The notes under the pieces are model-generated. The model was not told where the DNA came from and made no database searches. It saw only the letters and a list, made by a program, of their open reading frames with translations. Source: Clostridia bacterium (GTDB lineage Bacteria; Bacillota; Clostridia; Christensenellales; UBA1242). Taken from it: 24,000 bases of DNA. This document shows positions 16,627 to 24,000 of this stretch, piece by piece. Positions within the stretch are counted from its first letter, which is position 1. Every line of letters begins with the position of its first letter. Location: assembly GCA_045655005.1 (NCBI GenBank), contig JAZOOJ010000001.1, positions 81,288-105,287 on the forward strand, given 5' to 3'. The position numbers and the translations under genes are program-made.

Positions 16627-16753
16627 AAACACCCCGCTCCGCCAGTTGTTTTTTAATCAACCTTTGTTTTAAAAAATATTGAATAACACCAAGTGCTATA
16701 TTTTCCAAAAGGCAACCAATAAAGGCACCAATTATAATTAAAATTAGATTCAT
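16598..16753 (-). CDS. Small one-TM phage protein (51 aa), absent from ORF track
   Basis: MNLILIIIGAFIGCLLENIALGVIQYFLKQRLIKKQLAERGVYGRKQTKNY; its ATG overlaps the stop of the upstream gene. Confidence 0.6.
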   Translation of the reverse strand: MNLILIIIGAFIGCLLENIALGVIQYFLKQRLIKKQLAERGVYGRKQTKNN

Positions 16754-17133
16754 TATTTAGACACCATCCTTTTTAAGATTTCTATTTCGTTATCGATTAT
16801 ATCAAAACATTTATCTCTATCAAACGCACCACCAACAATATCATCTGAAATATTATATACTATTGGATATTCTTTGCTTTGTATTAAAAACAACTCTTTC
16901 AATTTCTTTAACAGTACTACTGCGAACAAGATTTTGTCTTTGTTTCTATAAATTTGTAGGTATTTATTACATTCTGTTAAATCTTTGATTTGTTCATCTT
17001 TCTCTGCAAGTTTTACTTCTAAGTCGGCAAATTCTTTTCCTAAGCACTCTACAAAATGAATTGTAACCGAAACACCTTGATTATCAACTACTTCATAATT
17101 ACCATTTTTAAGATTTTCTATTGCTTTATTCAT
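16753..17133 (-). CDS. Phage hypothetical protein, coiled-coil-like (126 aa)
   Basis: ORF in tight operon; Glu/Lys-rich heptad-like LEKLAEKDEQIKDL region. Confidence 0.7.
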   Translation of the reverse strand: MNKAIENLKNGNYEVVDNQGVSVTIHFVECLGKEFADLEVKLAEKDEQIKDLTECNKYLQIYRNKDKILFAVVLLKKLKELFLIQSKEYPIVYNISDDIVGGAFDRDKCFDIIDNEIEILKRMVSK

Positions 17134-17135
17134 TT

Positions 17136-17471
17136 TTACTCATCTCCCTGCATCTTCTTTAAACAGTTATCACAAACGACTTTACGTTTGTATTCATAAA
17201 ACCAATCCGTCCAACAACAGAAACCACATAACTCACATTTACATTGACCGTTTCCAGACAACTTAGTAGGTCGATAATCAGTTAACTCAGCCTCTAAATC
17301 TTTAATTTTTTTTATGTGTTTTTGATGCCACATCTTATACCAATCTAAAGCATCTAATAAATCATCAACTGCAGATTGATCAAAGATGTAAGATTTATCA
17401 AAATCAGTAGCACCTATAGGAATACATTCATTTTGAACATAATCATCATAATTACGTTTCATTTTACTCAT
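17136..17471 (-). CDS. Phage hypothetical protein with C-terminal Cys-rich (CxxC) finger
   Basis: ...GQCKCELCGFCCWTDWFYEYKRKVVCDNCLKKM in an operonic ORF. Confidence 0.7.
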   Translation of the reverse strand: MSKMKRNYDDYVQNECIPIGATDFDKSYIFDQSAVDDLLDALDWYKMWHQKHIKKIKDLEAELTDYRPTKLSGNGQCKCELCGFCCWTDWFYEYKRKVVCDNCLKKMQGDE

Positions 17472-17793
17472 CTCCCTGTGTGAATTTATTCATCCATTTT
17501 TTTGCAAGTTTTGGTATAAAAAGAAGAAAATCTACAAAAATATGGGCTATAAATACATTAATGTAATAAGTGAAAAATACTAGCAAATCTGTATTTTTAA
17601 ATAATGGCAAAATACCATCAACACCGAATATCTGACTTAAACTTGTATACGCAATAGAATTCTCAGCAATATTAAGTCCAATAGAGTCAAAAATTGTACC
17701 AAATTCAAAAGCAGTACCACCTTTAAATAAAAGTATCAAAAAGGCAAATATAGGTATAAAATACACTATATTCCAAAATATGGTCTCAGCCAT
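17464..17793 (-). CDS. Phage multi-TM protein
   Basis: Hydrophobic segments FWNIVYFIPIFAFLILLF and LLVFFTYYINVFIAHIFVDFLLF, directly downstream of the Zot-like gene. Confidence 0.7.
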   Translation of the reverse strand: MAETIFWNIVYFIPIFAFLILLFKGGTAFEFGTIFDSIGLNIAENSIAYTSLSQIFGVDGILPLFKNTDLLVFFTYYINVFIAHIFVDFLLFIPKLAKKWMNKFTQGDE

Positions 17794-17797
17794 ATGA

Positions 17798-18622
17798 TTA
17801 ATCGTTCTTTTTCTCATCTACACCACCCCGCAACCTAGATTTTCTAAAACTGACTATGTTATTTGCTTTCAAAGTTTTAGCAGTAATAACATTCTTTTCT
17901 TCTTCAAGTCCGTCAGTCAAACTTGAATAACAGTAACAATCAAAATACTTCCAAGTCTTTTTTGGTATAATTACTCGTCTTAACTTTTGCTCCACATCCT
18001 CATCTTGAACGTTTATGGTCGACTTATCGTCTGAATATCTACATTCTTGAACATGAGCCAAAAGGAAAAATGGAATCCATTTTGTCAAATGATGTACATA
18101 AATATACTCTGACAAGCAACGCTTAATTGAATAATGAGTATCTGAAATACATTGAGTATCATATATAATTACACCACCCTTAGTTGAATGACCTATCAAT
18201 TTATTAAATAGTAACAATTGCTCGTTTAACTCCATATCTTTAATCAATTGACTATCAGCAACCAAAGACGCTTCACAAATATAAATTACCGAACCATAAA
18301 CAAAACGTGTTTTTCGTGTCAATAAATCCGTAGTTATTGGTACATAAGGAACCGATAACGGAATATTCGAGTATAACAAAGGCAATTCAAGTAAAGGTTT
18401 TTTAAACAACTTGCGGAAAAAGTTATTAATCTTAACACGCCTTGTACGTCTTTTAAACTCAGACATAGCAATCGCAACACTCAATGTAGATTTACCGCAT
18501 TTCACACCACCGCTAACGAGAGCCATAGCTCCAATTTTTGGAACTTTAAATTTTGATTGTATTTTTTTGATAATAAATAGCACAACGGCTATTATAATTA
18601 AAATTAAAATTGAATTATCCAT
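17798..18622 (-). CDS. Zot/pI-like morphogenesis ATPase of filamentous phage
   Basis: N-terminal TM (ILILIIIAVVLFII), Walker A-type GGVKCGKST, hydrophobic-acidic VIYICEASL, IIYDTQ; operon context. Confidence 0.85.
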   Translation of the reverse strand: MDNSILILIIIAVVLFIIKKIQSKFKVPKIGAMALVSGGVKCGKSTLSVAIAMSEFKRRTRRVKINNFFRKLFKKPLLELPLLYSNIPLSVPYVPITTDLLTRKTRFVYGSVIYICEASLVADSQLIKDMELNEQLLLFNKLIGHSTKGGVIIYDTQCISDTHYSIKRCLSEYIYVHHLTKWIPFFLLAHVQECRYSDDKSTINVQDEDVEQKLRRVIIPKKTWKYFDCYCYSSLTDGLEEEKNVITAKTLKANNIVSFRKSRLRGGVDEKKND

Positions 18623-18676
18623 TAATTTTAAAGAATAAAAGGCTAGATTTTTATGTCTAGCCTTATAAACTTGATA

Positions 18677-18928
18677 CTATCTATTTCTTGCACCAAGACT
18701 TGTGAAGAAATTAAGTACCCAGCGACATAGGCCCAAACCTAACGAAATCGCTGCAAAAGCAATTATGCAAGTACCTAGAACAGATAGTCCGGCAGTGCCA
18801 CCCTCAGCAGTTGTGAAGAAGATGCTTTGAGCCAAGGTTGAAAGCCCTTCACCAACACCAGTAGCAATTCCAGAAATACCAGAAACTAAGATTTCAATAA
18901 TTGCAGTAACTAACGCAGTACCAGTCAT
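18677..18928 (-). CDS. Candidate major coat protein (83 aa, Gly/Ala-rich, hydrophobic)
   Basis: MTGTALVTAIIEILVSGISGIATG...GLSVLGTCIIAFAAISLGLGLCRWVLNFFTSLGARNR; very strong ggaggtg RBS; upstream of Zot. Confidence 0.6.
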   Translation of the reverse strand: MTGTALVTAIIEILVSGISGIATGVGEGLSTLAQSIFFTTAEGGTAGLSVLGTCIIAFAAISLGLGLCRWVLNFFTSLGARNR

Positions 18929-19043
18929 TCTTTTACACCTCCATAAATTATTTTTTTATATAAGAGGTGCGAAACTGATTTATCTTCCTAGTGTGAGTAG
19001 GTCAATAGACCAGTCTCACACACTTTTATAACCACACTAAAAA

Positions 19044-19181
19044 TTAATCAGATTTACTATCAGAATTTTCTGTATTTTCTTTTAATTGTTTACGTTTTCT
19101 AACATCTTTAACTATTCCAAAAATCTGATAACCGACAAAAGCAAGTAAACCAACAACTAATAAGACACTAATTATTTTCAT
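19044..19181 (-). CDS. Small one-TM phage protein (45 aa), absent from ORF track
   Basis: MKIISVLLVVGLLAFVGYQIFGIVKDVRKRKQLKENTENSDSKSD; RBS gagagg; basic residues directly after TM. Confidence 0.6.
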   Translation of the reverse strand: MKIISVLLVVGLLAFVGYQIFGIVKDVRKRKQLKENTENSDSKSD

Positions 19182-19335
19182 CTTGTACACCTCTCTTAGA
19201 TTTTAATGAAGCATATTGAACTCTTAAATCATTGTATTTTTTTTCTACTTGATCAAGTTTCTTTTCGCTTTGTCCTAATAAAACAAGAGTAGAAATATAA
19301 CCGACTAAAACAATTAAATCAAATATAATAGTCAT
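19168..19335 (-). CDS. Small one-TM phage protein (55 aa), absent from ORF track
   Basis: MTIIFDLIVLVGYISTLVLLGQSEKKLDQVEKKYNDLRVQYASLKSKRGVQDENN; overlaps the following ORF, suggesting coupling. Confidence 0.6.
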   Translation of the reverse strand: MTIIFDLIVLVGYISTLVLLGQSEKKLDQVEKKYNDLRVQYASLKSKRGVQDENN

Positions 19336-19337
19336 TA

Positions 19338-19538
19338 CTATTTACCCCCATTAAGTTTTTTAAATTCAATCAAACCGGCATCGGCAAGAGTTTTAATTGT
19401 ACCTTTGTCAGCCTTAAAAACAGGTTTTAATTGAATCGTTTGAGAACCGATTCTCCACATCGGTGCGATATACTTAACTTTTTCGTTTGTTTCCTTGATA
19501 ACGCACTCTTTTTCTTCCAGATAAATTTTGTTTTCCAT
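19338..19538 (-). CDS. Phage hypothetical protein (66 aa)
   Basis: ORF with ggagta RBS in operon. Confidence 0.6.
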   Translation of the reverse strand: MENKIYLEEKECVIKETNEKVKYIAPMWRIGSQTIQLKPVFKADKGTIKTLADAGLIEFKKLNGGK

Positions 19539-19582
19539 AAAAATACTCCTTCGGTCATATAGACCATTTTTAAAATTTTGTT

Positions 19583-19630
19583 GTTGGCATACAGTGGGAA
19601 GAACAAATTAAAAACTGACCATATGCCAAC
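19583..19630. repeat. Perfect 9-bp inverted repeat, 30-bp spacer
   Basis: GTTGGCATA (19583-19591) and TATGCCAAC (19622-19630). Confidence 0.8.
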
Positions 19631-19668
19631 GATTTATAATATCTACCCCACCTCACAGGTAGTTATTA

Positions 19669-20127
19669 TCACCTGTAACGACTTGAAAATCGACTTTGAT
19701 AATACAAGTCTTTGTGAAATTGAGCCTGCAACTCTTTAAAATTTAAATCAGAATTACTTGATTTACGAATTTTAATTTTCCCAAAATATTCAGAAAAACC
19801 CAACAAATTCCAAGTGAAACGATTTAAGTTAAATTCAATACCAAGTTTTTTATAAACATCTAGCATTTCAATGCATCTAGTTAAATCTTCAACATAATGC
19901 ATAACTTCAACGGCTTTCTTAAAAGACTTAAATTCAGTCTTATAATCTGAAACACTTGAAACTTGATAACAATTTTCAGAAGTTCGTTTTATAATGAAGA
20001 AAATTGAACAAAGCTTTGACGTTAAAGCGTAATCAGTATGAGAAATTATTTTTATCTTAAAATTCTCACGAATATAACGATTATTCAAAAACTCTTCATT
20101 TAAAAAATAATAATGATTTTTAGACAT
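19669..20127 (-). CDS. Phage hypothetical protein (152 aa), first gene of the phage operon
   Basis: ORF with gggggaaag RBS; TATAAT-like box on the minus strand at 20189-20184. Confidence 0.65.
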   Translation of the reverse strand: MSKNHYYFLNEEFLNNRYIRENFKIKIISHTDYALTSKLCSIFFIIKRTSENCYQVSSVSDYKTEFKSFKKAVEVMHYVEDLTRCIEMLDVYKKLGIEFNLNRFTWNLLGFSEYFGKIKIRKSSNSDLNFKELQAQFHKDLYYQSRFSSRYR

Positions 20128-20216
20128 CTTCTTTCCCCCAAAAATAAAAAAGTCCTAAAAGATAAAATTAATCTTTTAAGACCATTATACTCCACTCGTT
20201 TTGTGGCTCACTTAAC

Positions 20217-20250
20217 AAAATCTGCATTTTGCGAAGTCTTTAAAGATGTC
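20217..20250. repeat. Right attachment repeat (attR)
   Basis: AAAATCTGCATTTTGCGAAGTCTTTAAAGATGTC, 33/34 identical to attL. Confidence 0.85.
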
Positions 20251-20466
20251 CAATTTGTTTTATTTTTGAAATTTTTGTTATTCTCTATTCTTACTATATT
20301 TGGGTTGGTTGATTTTTTCTTGCTTACATTGTTTCACTTCTTCCCTGCCCTGTTATGACAGACTAAATTATTAATGATAAATTTATTAAGTATGGCAAAT
20401 TTGTTTGATTATTTGAAAGTTATTTGGTAAACTAAGTTTATTGATATATTTGAGGTGTAAATTGTA

Positions 20467-20865
20467 ATGAATTATAAAGATAGATTAAAAGCACATCTTA
20501 GAATTAAAAACACAGTAATATATTTATGTGGTGCAGCAGTTATTGCCTGTGTAATATTGCTGTTGGTGTTTCTAAAACAAGAAAAGACCGGGAATCTTAT
20601 TTATTTGGTTGTGGTTGCGGGAGCTTCACTAGTTATTATCAAGCCTTTGTCAAAGGCTGCAAAGAAAGATCGTGAACAATTGAAATGCTATGAAGATAAA
20701 GAAAAGGCCGAGCGTAAAGCACGTGCCCGTGGTCAAAATCCAACTAATAAATTTGGAGCAATAGGAACAAATCGTACAAATGCACTTCTTGGCATAACAA
20801 CCACAAATGAACAAGAAGAAAAGAAAAACGAAGACCCTATCGGTAGATTCAAATATAAAAAATAG
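20467..20865 (+). CDS. Hypothetical membrane protein (132 aa)
   Basis: Two TM segments and a charged C-terminal tail. Confidence 0.75.
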   Translation: MNYKDRLKAHLRIKNTVIYLCGAAVIACVILLLVFLKQEKTGNLIYLVVVAGASLVIIKPLSKAAKKDREQLKCYEDKEKAERKARARGQNPTNKFGAIGTNRTNALLGITTTNEQEEKKNEDPIGRFKYKK

Positions 20866-20883
20866 ATGCAAATTAGGTAAAAG

Positions 20884-20920
20884 AAAAAGACAATACATTG
20901 AATTAATGTGTTGTCTTTTT
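20884..20920. terminator. Bidirectional terminator
   Basis: AAAAAGACAATACATT ... AATGTGTTGTCTTTTT. Confidence 0.8.
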
Positions 20921-20947
20921 GATTTGATATATTTGTAATATTAAATC

Positions 20948-21823
20948 TTAAATTAAAAGTCTTATTGCTTTTTCATAAAGATGTTTTACTGCATAATAGT
21001 TATTTTTGTCAGACAAAAGAGCGTCTGCGTTAAGTGATGTGTCTATACTTTGTATATAGAATTGCCCATTTTTTGTATAAATATCAACTGTTCCTGTCAT
21101 AACGCCAAGAGTTCTAGAAGAATTAATTGCAATACTGGATAAAACTTTGGCTATTTCATTGTCTGTAACGATTTTAACTTTTGAGTCGGGGGCTTTAATT
21201 TGCCAGTTTGTATTAAGAACGGCCCCTTTTGGTAAAACCTTGTTTACGTCAATAGCACTATCAAATGCTTGGATATTTGCTATGCTAAGCAATTCCCAAA
21301 TCGCACTTACTCCATCGCCGACAATTTGTGGTTTTATATATTCTGCAATCAATTCTACTGCACCGTTAACTAAAAAAACACTGTAAAAGTTCTGATATTT
21401 TTCGTACTTGTTAACAAGGATTTTATCATAAGGAATTATACTGTTCGCAAATTTGATTAGTTCGGTTGAATTTGAAATTTTACGAACAAATTTATCACGC
21501 CTAAAATTACTTTTTATGACAATCTCTCCACAACTATTGAGCATAGGATTTAAATCATCTAAAATTCTATTTGGACTTGAACAAAACACCTCATAGTTTT
21601 CATCACACAAAAAATTTGCCTGTTTTAAAAGTTTACATTTAAGGCTTCTATCATCGCAAATTCTTGCAGATGTATCACTGTTTAATGGAAAAAAATGGTC
21701 GTATATAGCAACACTTTGTCCCACTTTATTTATAAGTTGTATTAGTTTGCCATTGTCATAGGTCAAATATTTCCAGCCGTAATCTGTGGCAATTGATTTA
21801 AGACAATCATTTATGTTTTTCAT
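20948..21823 (-). CDS. Possible ATP-grasp-like protein, apparently degenerate
   Basis: ARICDDRSLKCKLLKQANF, EIVIKSNF, and FLVNGAVELIAEYIKPQIVGDGVSAIWELL echo cyanophycin synthetase-type ATP-grasp motifs. Confidence 0.5.
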   Translation of the reverse strand: MKNINDCLKSIATDYGWKYLTYDNGKLIQLINKVGQSVAIYDHFFPLNSDTSARICDDRSLKCKLLKQANFLCDENYEVFCSSPNRILDDLNPMLNSCGEIVIKSNFRRDKFVRKISNSTELIKFANSIIPYDKILVNKYEKYQNFYSVFLVNGAVELIAEYIKPQIVGDGVSAIWELLSIANIQAFDSAIDVNKVLPKGAVLNTNWQIKAPDSKVKIVTDNEIAKVLSSIAINSSRTLGVMTGTVDIYTKNGQFYIQSIDTSLNADALLSDKNNYYAVKHLYEKAIRLLI

Positions 21824-21915
21824 TATTCACCTTCTTGATATAATATTTTATCATTAATTAGCAAATAAAAGCAACTAGATTGGTTATAGTTGTCTTTTTT
21901 TATTAGTATAAAAAT

Positions 21916-21955
21916 AAAACCACCAAGGGAAAATCAATTTCCTTTTGGTGGTTTT
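21916..21955. terminator. Bidirectional terminator
   Basis: AAAACCACCAAGGGAAA ... TTTCCTTTTGGTGGTTTT. Confidence 0.85.
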
Positions 21956-21982
21956 TTATACACTTAAAATTTGTACAACAAA

Positions 21983-22840
21983 CTACATATGGCCGTGTAT
22001 TCTTATTAAGGTTGTGTTCTCAACTCCCGGTGCAATTGCAGGTACAAGAATTGCTCTACCCGTTGCGTTTGGAAGTGTTAAGAAATTAGCATTATCAATT
22101 GTATATTCACTAGCATTAAATTGATAATGTTCTCCATTGCTGTCCATATGAATTTCGGTTGCTGTAAATGAAGTTGGTAACGAATCTGTTACAATAACTT
22201 CTGTTGCATCGATTGTTCCTGTGTTCGTAAGTGTAATGAAATAATCAAGTTCTTCGCCACAACAAACATTATCATTGCTTGCATATTTAGAAATTAATAC
22301 CTCAGCAAATTCGCTTCTTGGTATAGTTAAGTCATCACTTCCTGTAATGCAATTGCTGTTTCTTGAACAATCACAACCGCAAGGATAAGCTCTCACTGTA
22401 ACTTCATTTGTAAGCTCGGCAACATCTTCGCCGATATCTTCATTTACAACAACGTTATACAAAACATAAAGATTTTCATCTTGTTCAAGTCTGTCTGTTA
22501 TTCTAAATTGAAGTGGTGATGTTTCGGTTGGAGTAATCTCAGTTAATACTCCATTCATAAATAGTCTTGCACTTCCCTCAATATAAGTAGTATAACCTTC
22601 ATTTCCAAGGTTGTCGCTTATTTCGAAGGTCCCAAGACAGCCACAACCATTATTTGTTACTTGAACGAAATAAGTAATTGTCTGCCCCGCTCTAAAACTA
22701 TCACTTGAAGATGTTTTATCAACTAGAATACTGTACTCATCTCTAATTGAATGAGTTACAACATTAGAGTTGTTGGTTCTAGTTAATGGTGAACCCTCAT
22801 ACGAAAATGAAACCGATGCTTGATTGGTTATAGTTTTCAA
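21983..22840 (-). CDS. DUF11-repeat protein (285 aa)
   Basis: Two copies of a pattern like FRAGQTITYFVQVTNNG..LGTFEISDNL and CCGEELDYFITLTNTGTIDATEVIVTDSLP. Confidence 0.85.
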   Translation of the reverse strand: MKTITNQASVSFSYEGSPLTRTNNSNVVTHSIRDEYSILVDKTSSSDSFRAGQTITYFVQVTNNGCGCLGTFEISDNLGNEGYTTYIEGSARLFMNGVLTEITPTETSPLQFRITDRLEQDENLYVLYNVVVNEDIGEDVAELTNEVTVRAYPCGCDCSRNSNCITGSDDLTIPRSEFAEVLISKYASNDNVCCGEELDYFITLTNTGTIDATEVIVTDSLPTSFTATEIHMDSNGEHYQFNASEYTIDNANFLTLPNATGRAILVPAIAPGVENTTLIRIHGHM

Positions 22841-23025
22841 AAAAATTTACCTCCTCTGTAAATTATATAGATGGCTTCATATCCATCACTACATTATATG
22901 AAACTACAAATATGGTGGTGAAACATAAGAACTATTTAGTAAAAATTTAAATTATAAAATCATTTTATGTTTTCTTTAAATGCTATCAATCATTATACTA
23001 TTGATGAAAATATTCTTTTAAATTT

Positions 23026-24000
23026 TTAAAATTCACAAGATTTTGGTGTTCTTGGGAAAGGAATAACATCTTTGATAGATTTCATTCCGGTTAAGAACAT
23101 TATTAGCCTATCAAAGCCCATACCAAATCCACTATGCATTACACTTCCGTACTCTCTAAGTTTTATATACCACCAGTAATCTTCTTCTTTAAGTCCTAGT
23201 TCTTTAATTCTAGATTTTAATATTTCCAAATCACACTCTCTTTCGCCTGCACCACAAAGTTCACCAATTCCAGAGACCAAAAGGTCGGTCGCACGACAAG
23301 TTTTGCCGTCTTGCCCAATTTTCATATAAAATGCTTTGAAATCTTTTGGGTAATCGTATACAAATACAGGCACGTAAAATACTTTGTCAACCAAATACTT
23401 TTCTTGTTCGGTATGCAAGTCTTCTCCCCATTCTACTCTATGCTCAAATTCTTTTTGATGTGGTTTTAAAAGTGCTATTGCTTCCGTGTATGAAATTTTC
23501 ACAAAAGGTTCTTTTAATGTCTTTCTTAATCTTTCAATTAAACCCGCATCAACATATTTTTCACAATAAACAAGTTCAGCGCTACATTTTTCTAAGATAT
23601 ATTTGATAATAAATTTAACCATTTTTTCCATTAACTCCATATCATCGTCCAGATCGAAAAATGCCATTTCAGGTTCTACGTGCCAAAACTCTGTTAGGTG
23701 TCTTGGCGTTCTGCTGTCTTCGGCTCTAAAAGTTGGTCCAAATGTATAAACCTTGCCAAGCCCCATAGCAAGAGCCTCTCCTTGCATTTGTGCCGATGGC
23801 GATAAAAATACTTTTCGACCCAACAATTCATCTTCTGGGCTTAGTTGTTTTTCTGAATAAATATCTTGCGAAGATACTTTGTATAATTCACAACCCCCCT
23901 CACAATCGCTGGTTGTCAAAATTGGAGCGTGAATATGCGTAAATCCTTCTTGTTCAAAAAATTTATGTATTGCCAATGTTGCTTCACTTCTTATCTTATA
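23026..24000 (-). CDS. asnS: Asparaginyl-tRNA synthetase, C-terminal part (gene runs off the window end)
   Basis: Class II motifs: FLSPSAQMQGEALAMGLGKVYTFGPTFRAEDSRTPRHLTEFWHVEPEMAF, YWWYIKLREYGSVMHSGFGMGFDRLIMFLTGMKSIKDVIPFPRTPKSCEF. Confidence 0.95.
   Translation of the reverse strand, partial: YKIRSEATLAIHKFFEQEGFTHIHAPILTTSDCEGGCELYKVSSQDIYSEKQLSPEDELLGRKVFLSPSAQMQGEALAMGLGKVYTFGPTFRAEDSRTPRHLTEFWHVEPEMAFFDLDDDMELMEKMVKFIIKYILEKCSAELVYCEKYVDAGLIERLRKTLKEPFVKISYTEAIALLKPHQKEFEHRVEWGEDLHTEQEKYLVDKVFYVPVFVYDYPKDFKAFYMKIGQDGKTCRATDLLVSGIGELCGAGERECDLEILKSRIKELGLKEEDYWWYIKLREYGSVMHSGFGMGFDRLIMFLTGMKSIKDVIPFPRTPKSCEF

Larger units (their letters stand above)
13192..20250. mobile_element. Integrated filamentous (inovirus-like) phage genome, ~7.0 kb
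   Basis: 34-bp direct repeats at both ends; Rep-like initiator, Zot-like ATPase, small hydrophobic coat-like proteins, pIII-like anchored protein; nearly all genes on the minus strand. Confidence 0.88.

Noticed and set aside
12600-20300. CRISPR array or retron/DGR in the accessory region
   Set aside because: No regularly spaced repeats with unique spacers, no reverse transcriptase, and no template/variable repeat pair seen by eye.
20113-20358. 81-aa ORF on + strand spanning attR
   Set aside because: It crosses the recombination site, lacks a clear RBS, and is antisense to the phage operon leader; probably fortuitous.

Overview
AT-rich 24 kb window from a low-GC bacterium (probably Bacillota/Clostridia-like; inferred from codon usage, Shine-Dalgarno and promoter style). 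It starts with a tRNA cluster (3' part of tRNA-Asp, then Phe, Thr, Tyr). Next come two tandem paralogous proteins of unknown function, a PC4/YdbC-like protein, an HEAKH metallopeptidase-like protein and an unusual PadR regulator fused to a very acidic linker and a C-terminal membrane domain. These are followed by a YgjP/SprT-like metallopeptidase, a CorC/HlyC-type CBS membrane protein, lexA with a divergent His/Cys-rich small protein, and a XerS-like tyrosine recombinase. The main find is an apparently complete, ~7.0 kb integrated filamentous-phage (inovirus-like) genome, ~13192..20250. It is bounded by 34-bp direct repeats (33/34 identical) and encodes a Rep/RstA-like initiator, a hairpin- and repeat-rich putative origin, a Zot/pI-like ATPase, a candidate coat protein, several tiny one-TM proteins missing from the ORF track, and a pIII-like adhesin with signal peptide, Gly/Tyr repeats and C-terminal TM. 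It also carries one oppositely oriented cargo gene for a membrane-anchored DUF2726/PD-(D/E)XK-like protein. No recombinase lies between the repeats, but a XerS-like gene sits ~0.6 kb outside them. This suggests integration at a dif-like site next to a host single-recombinase Xer gene. The right flank holds a small membrane protein, a possible degenerate ATP-grasp protein, a DUF11-repeat protein and asnS (incomplete at the window edge). All assignments are by eye from sequence; no database search was run.
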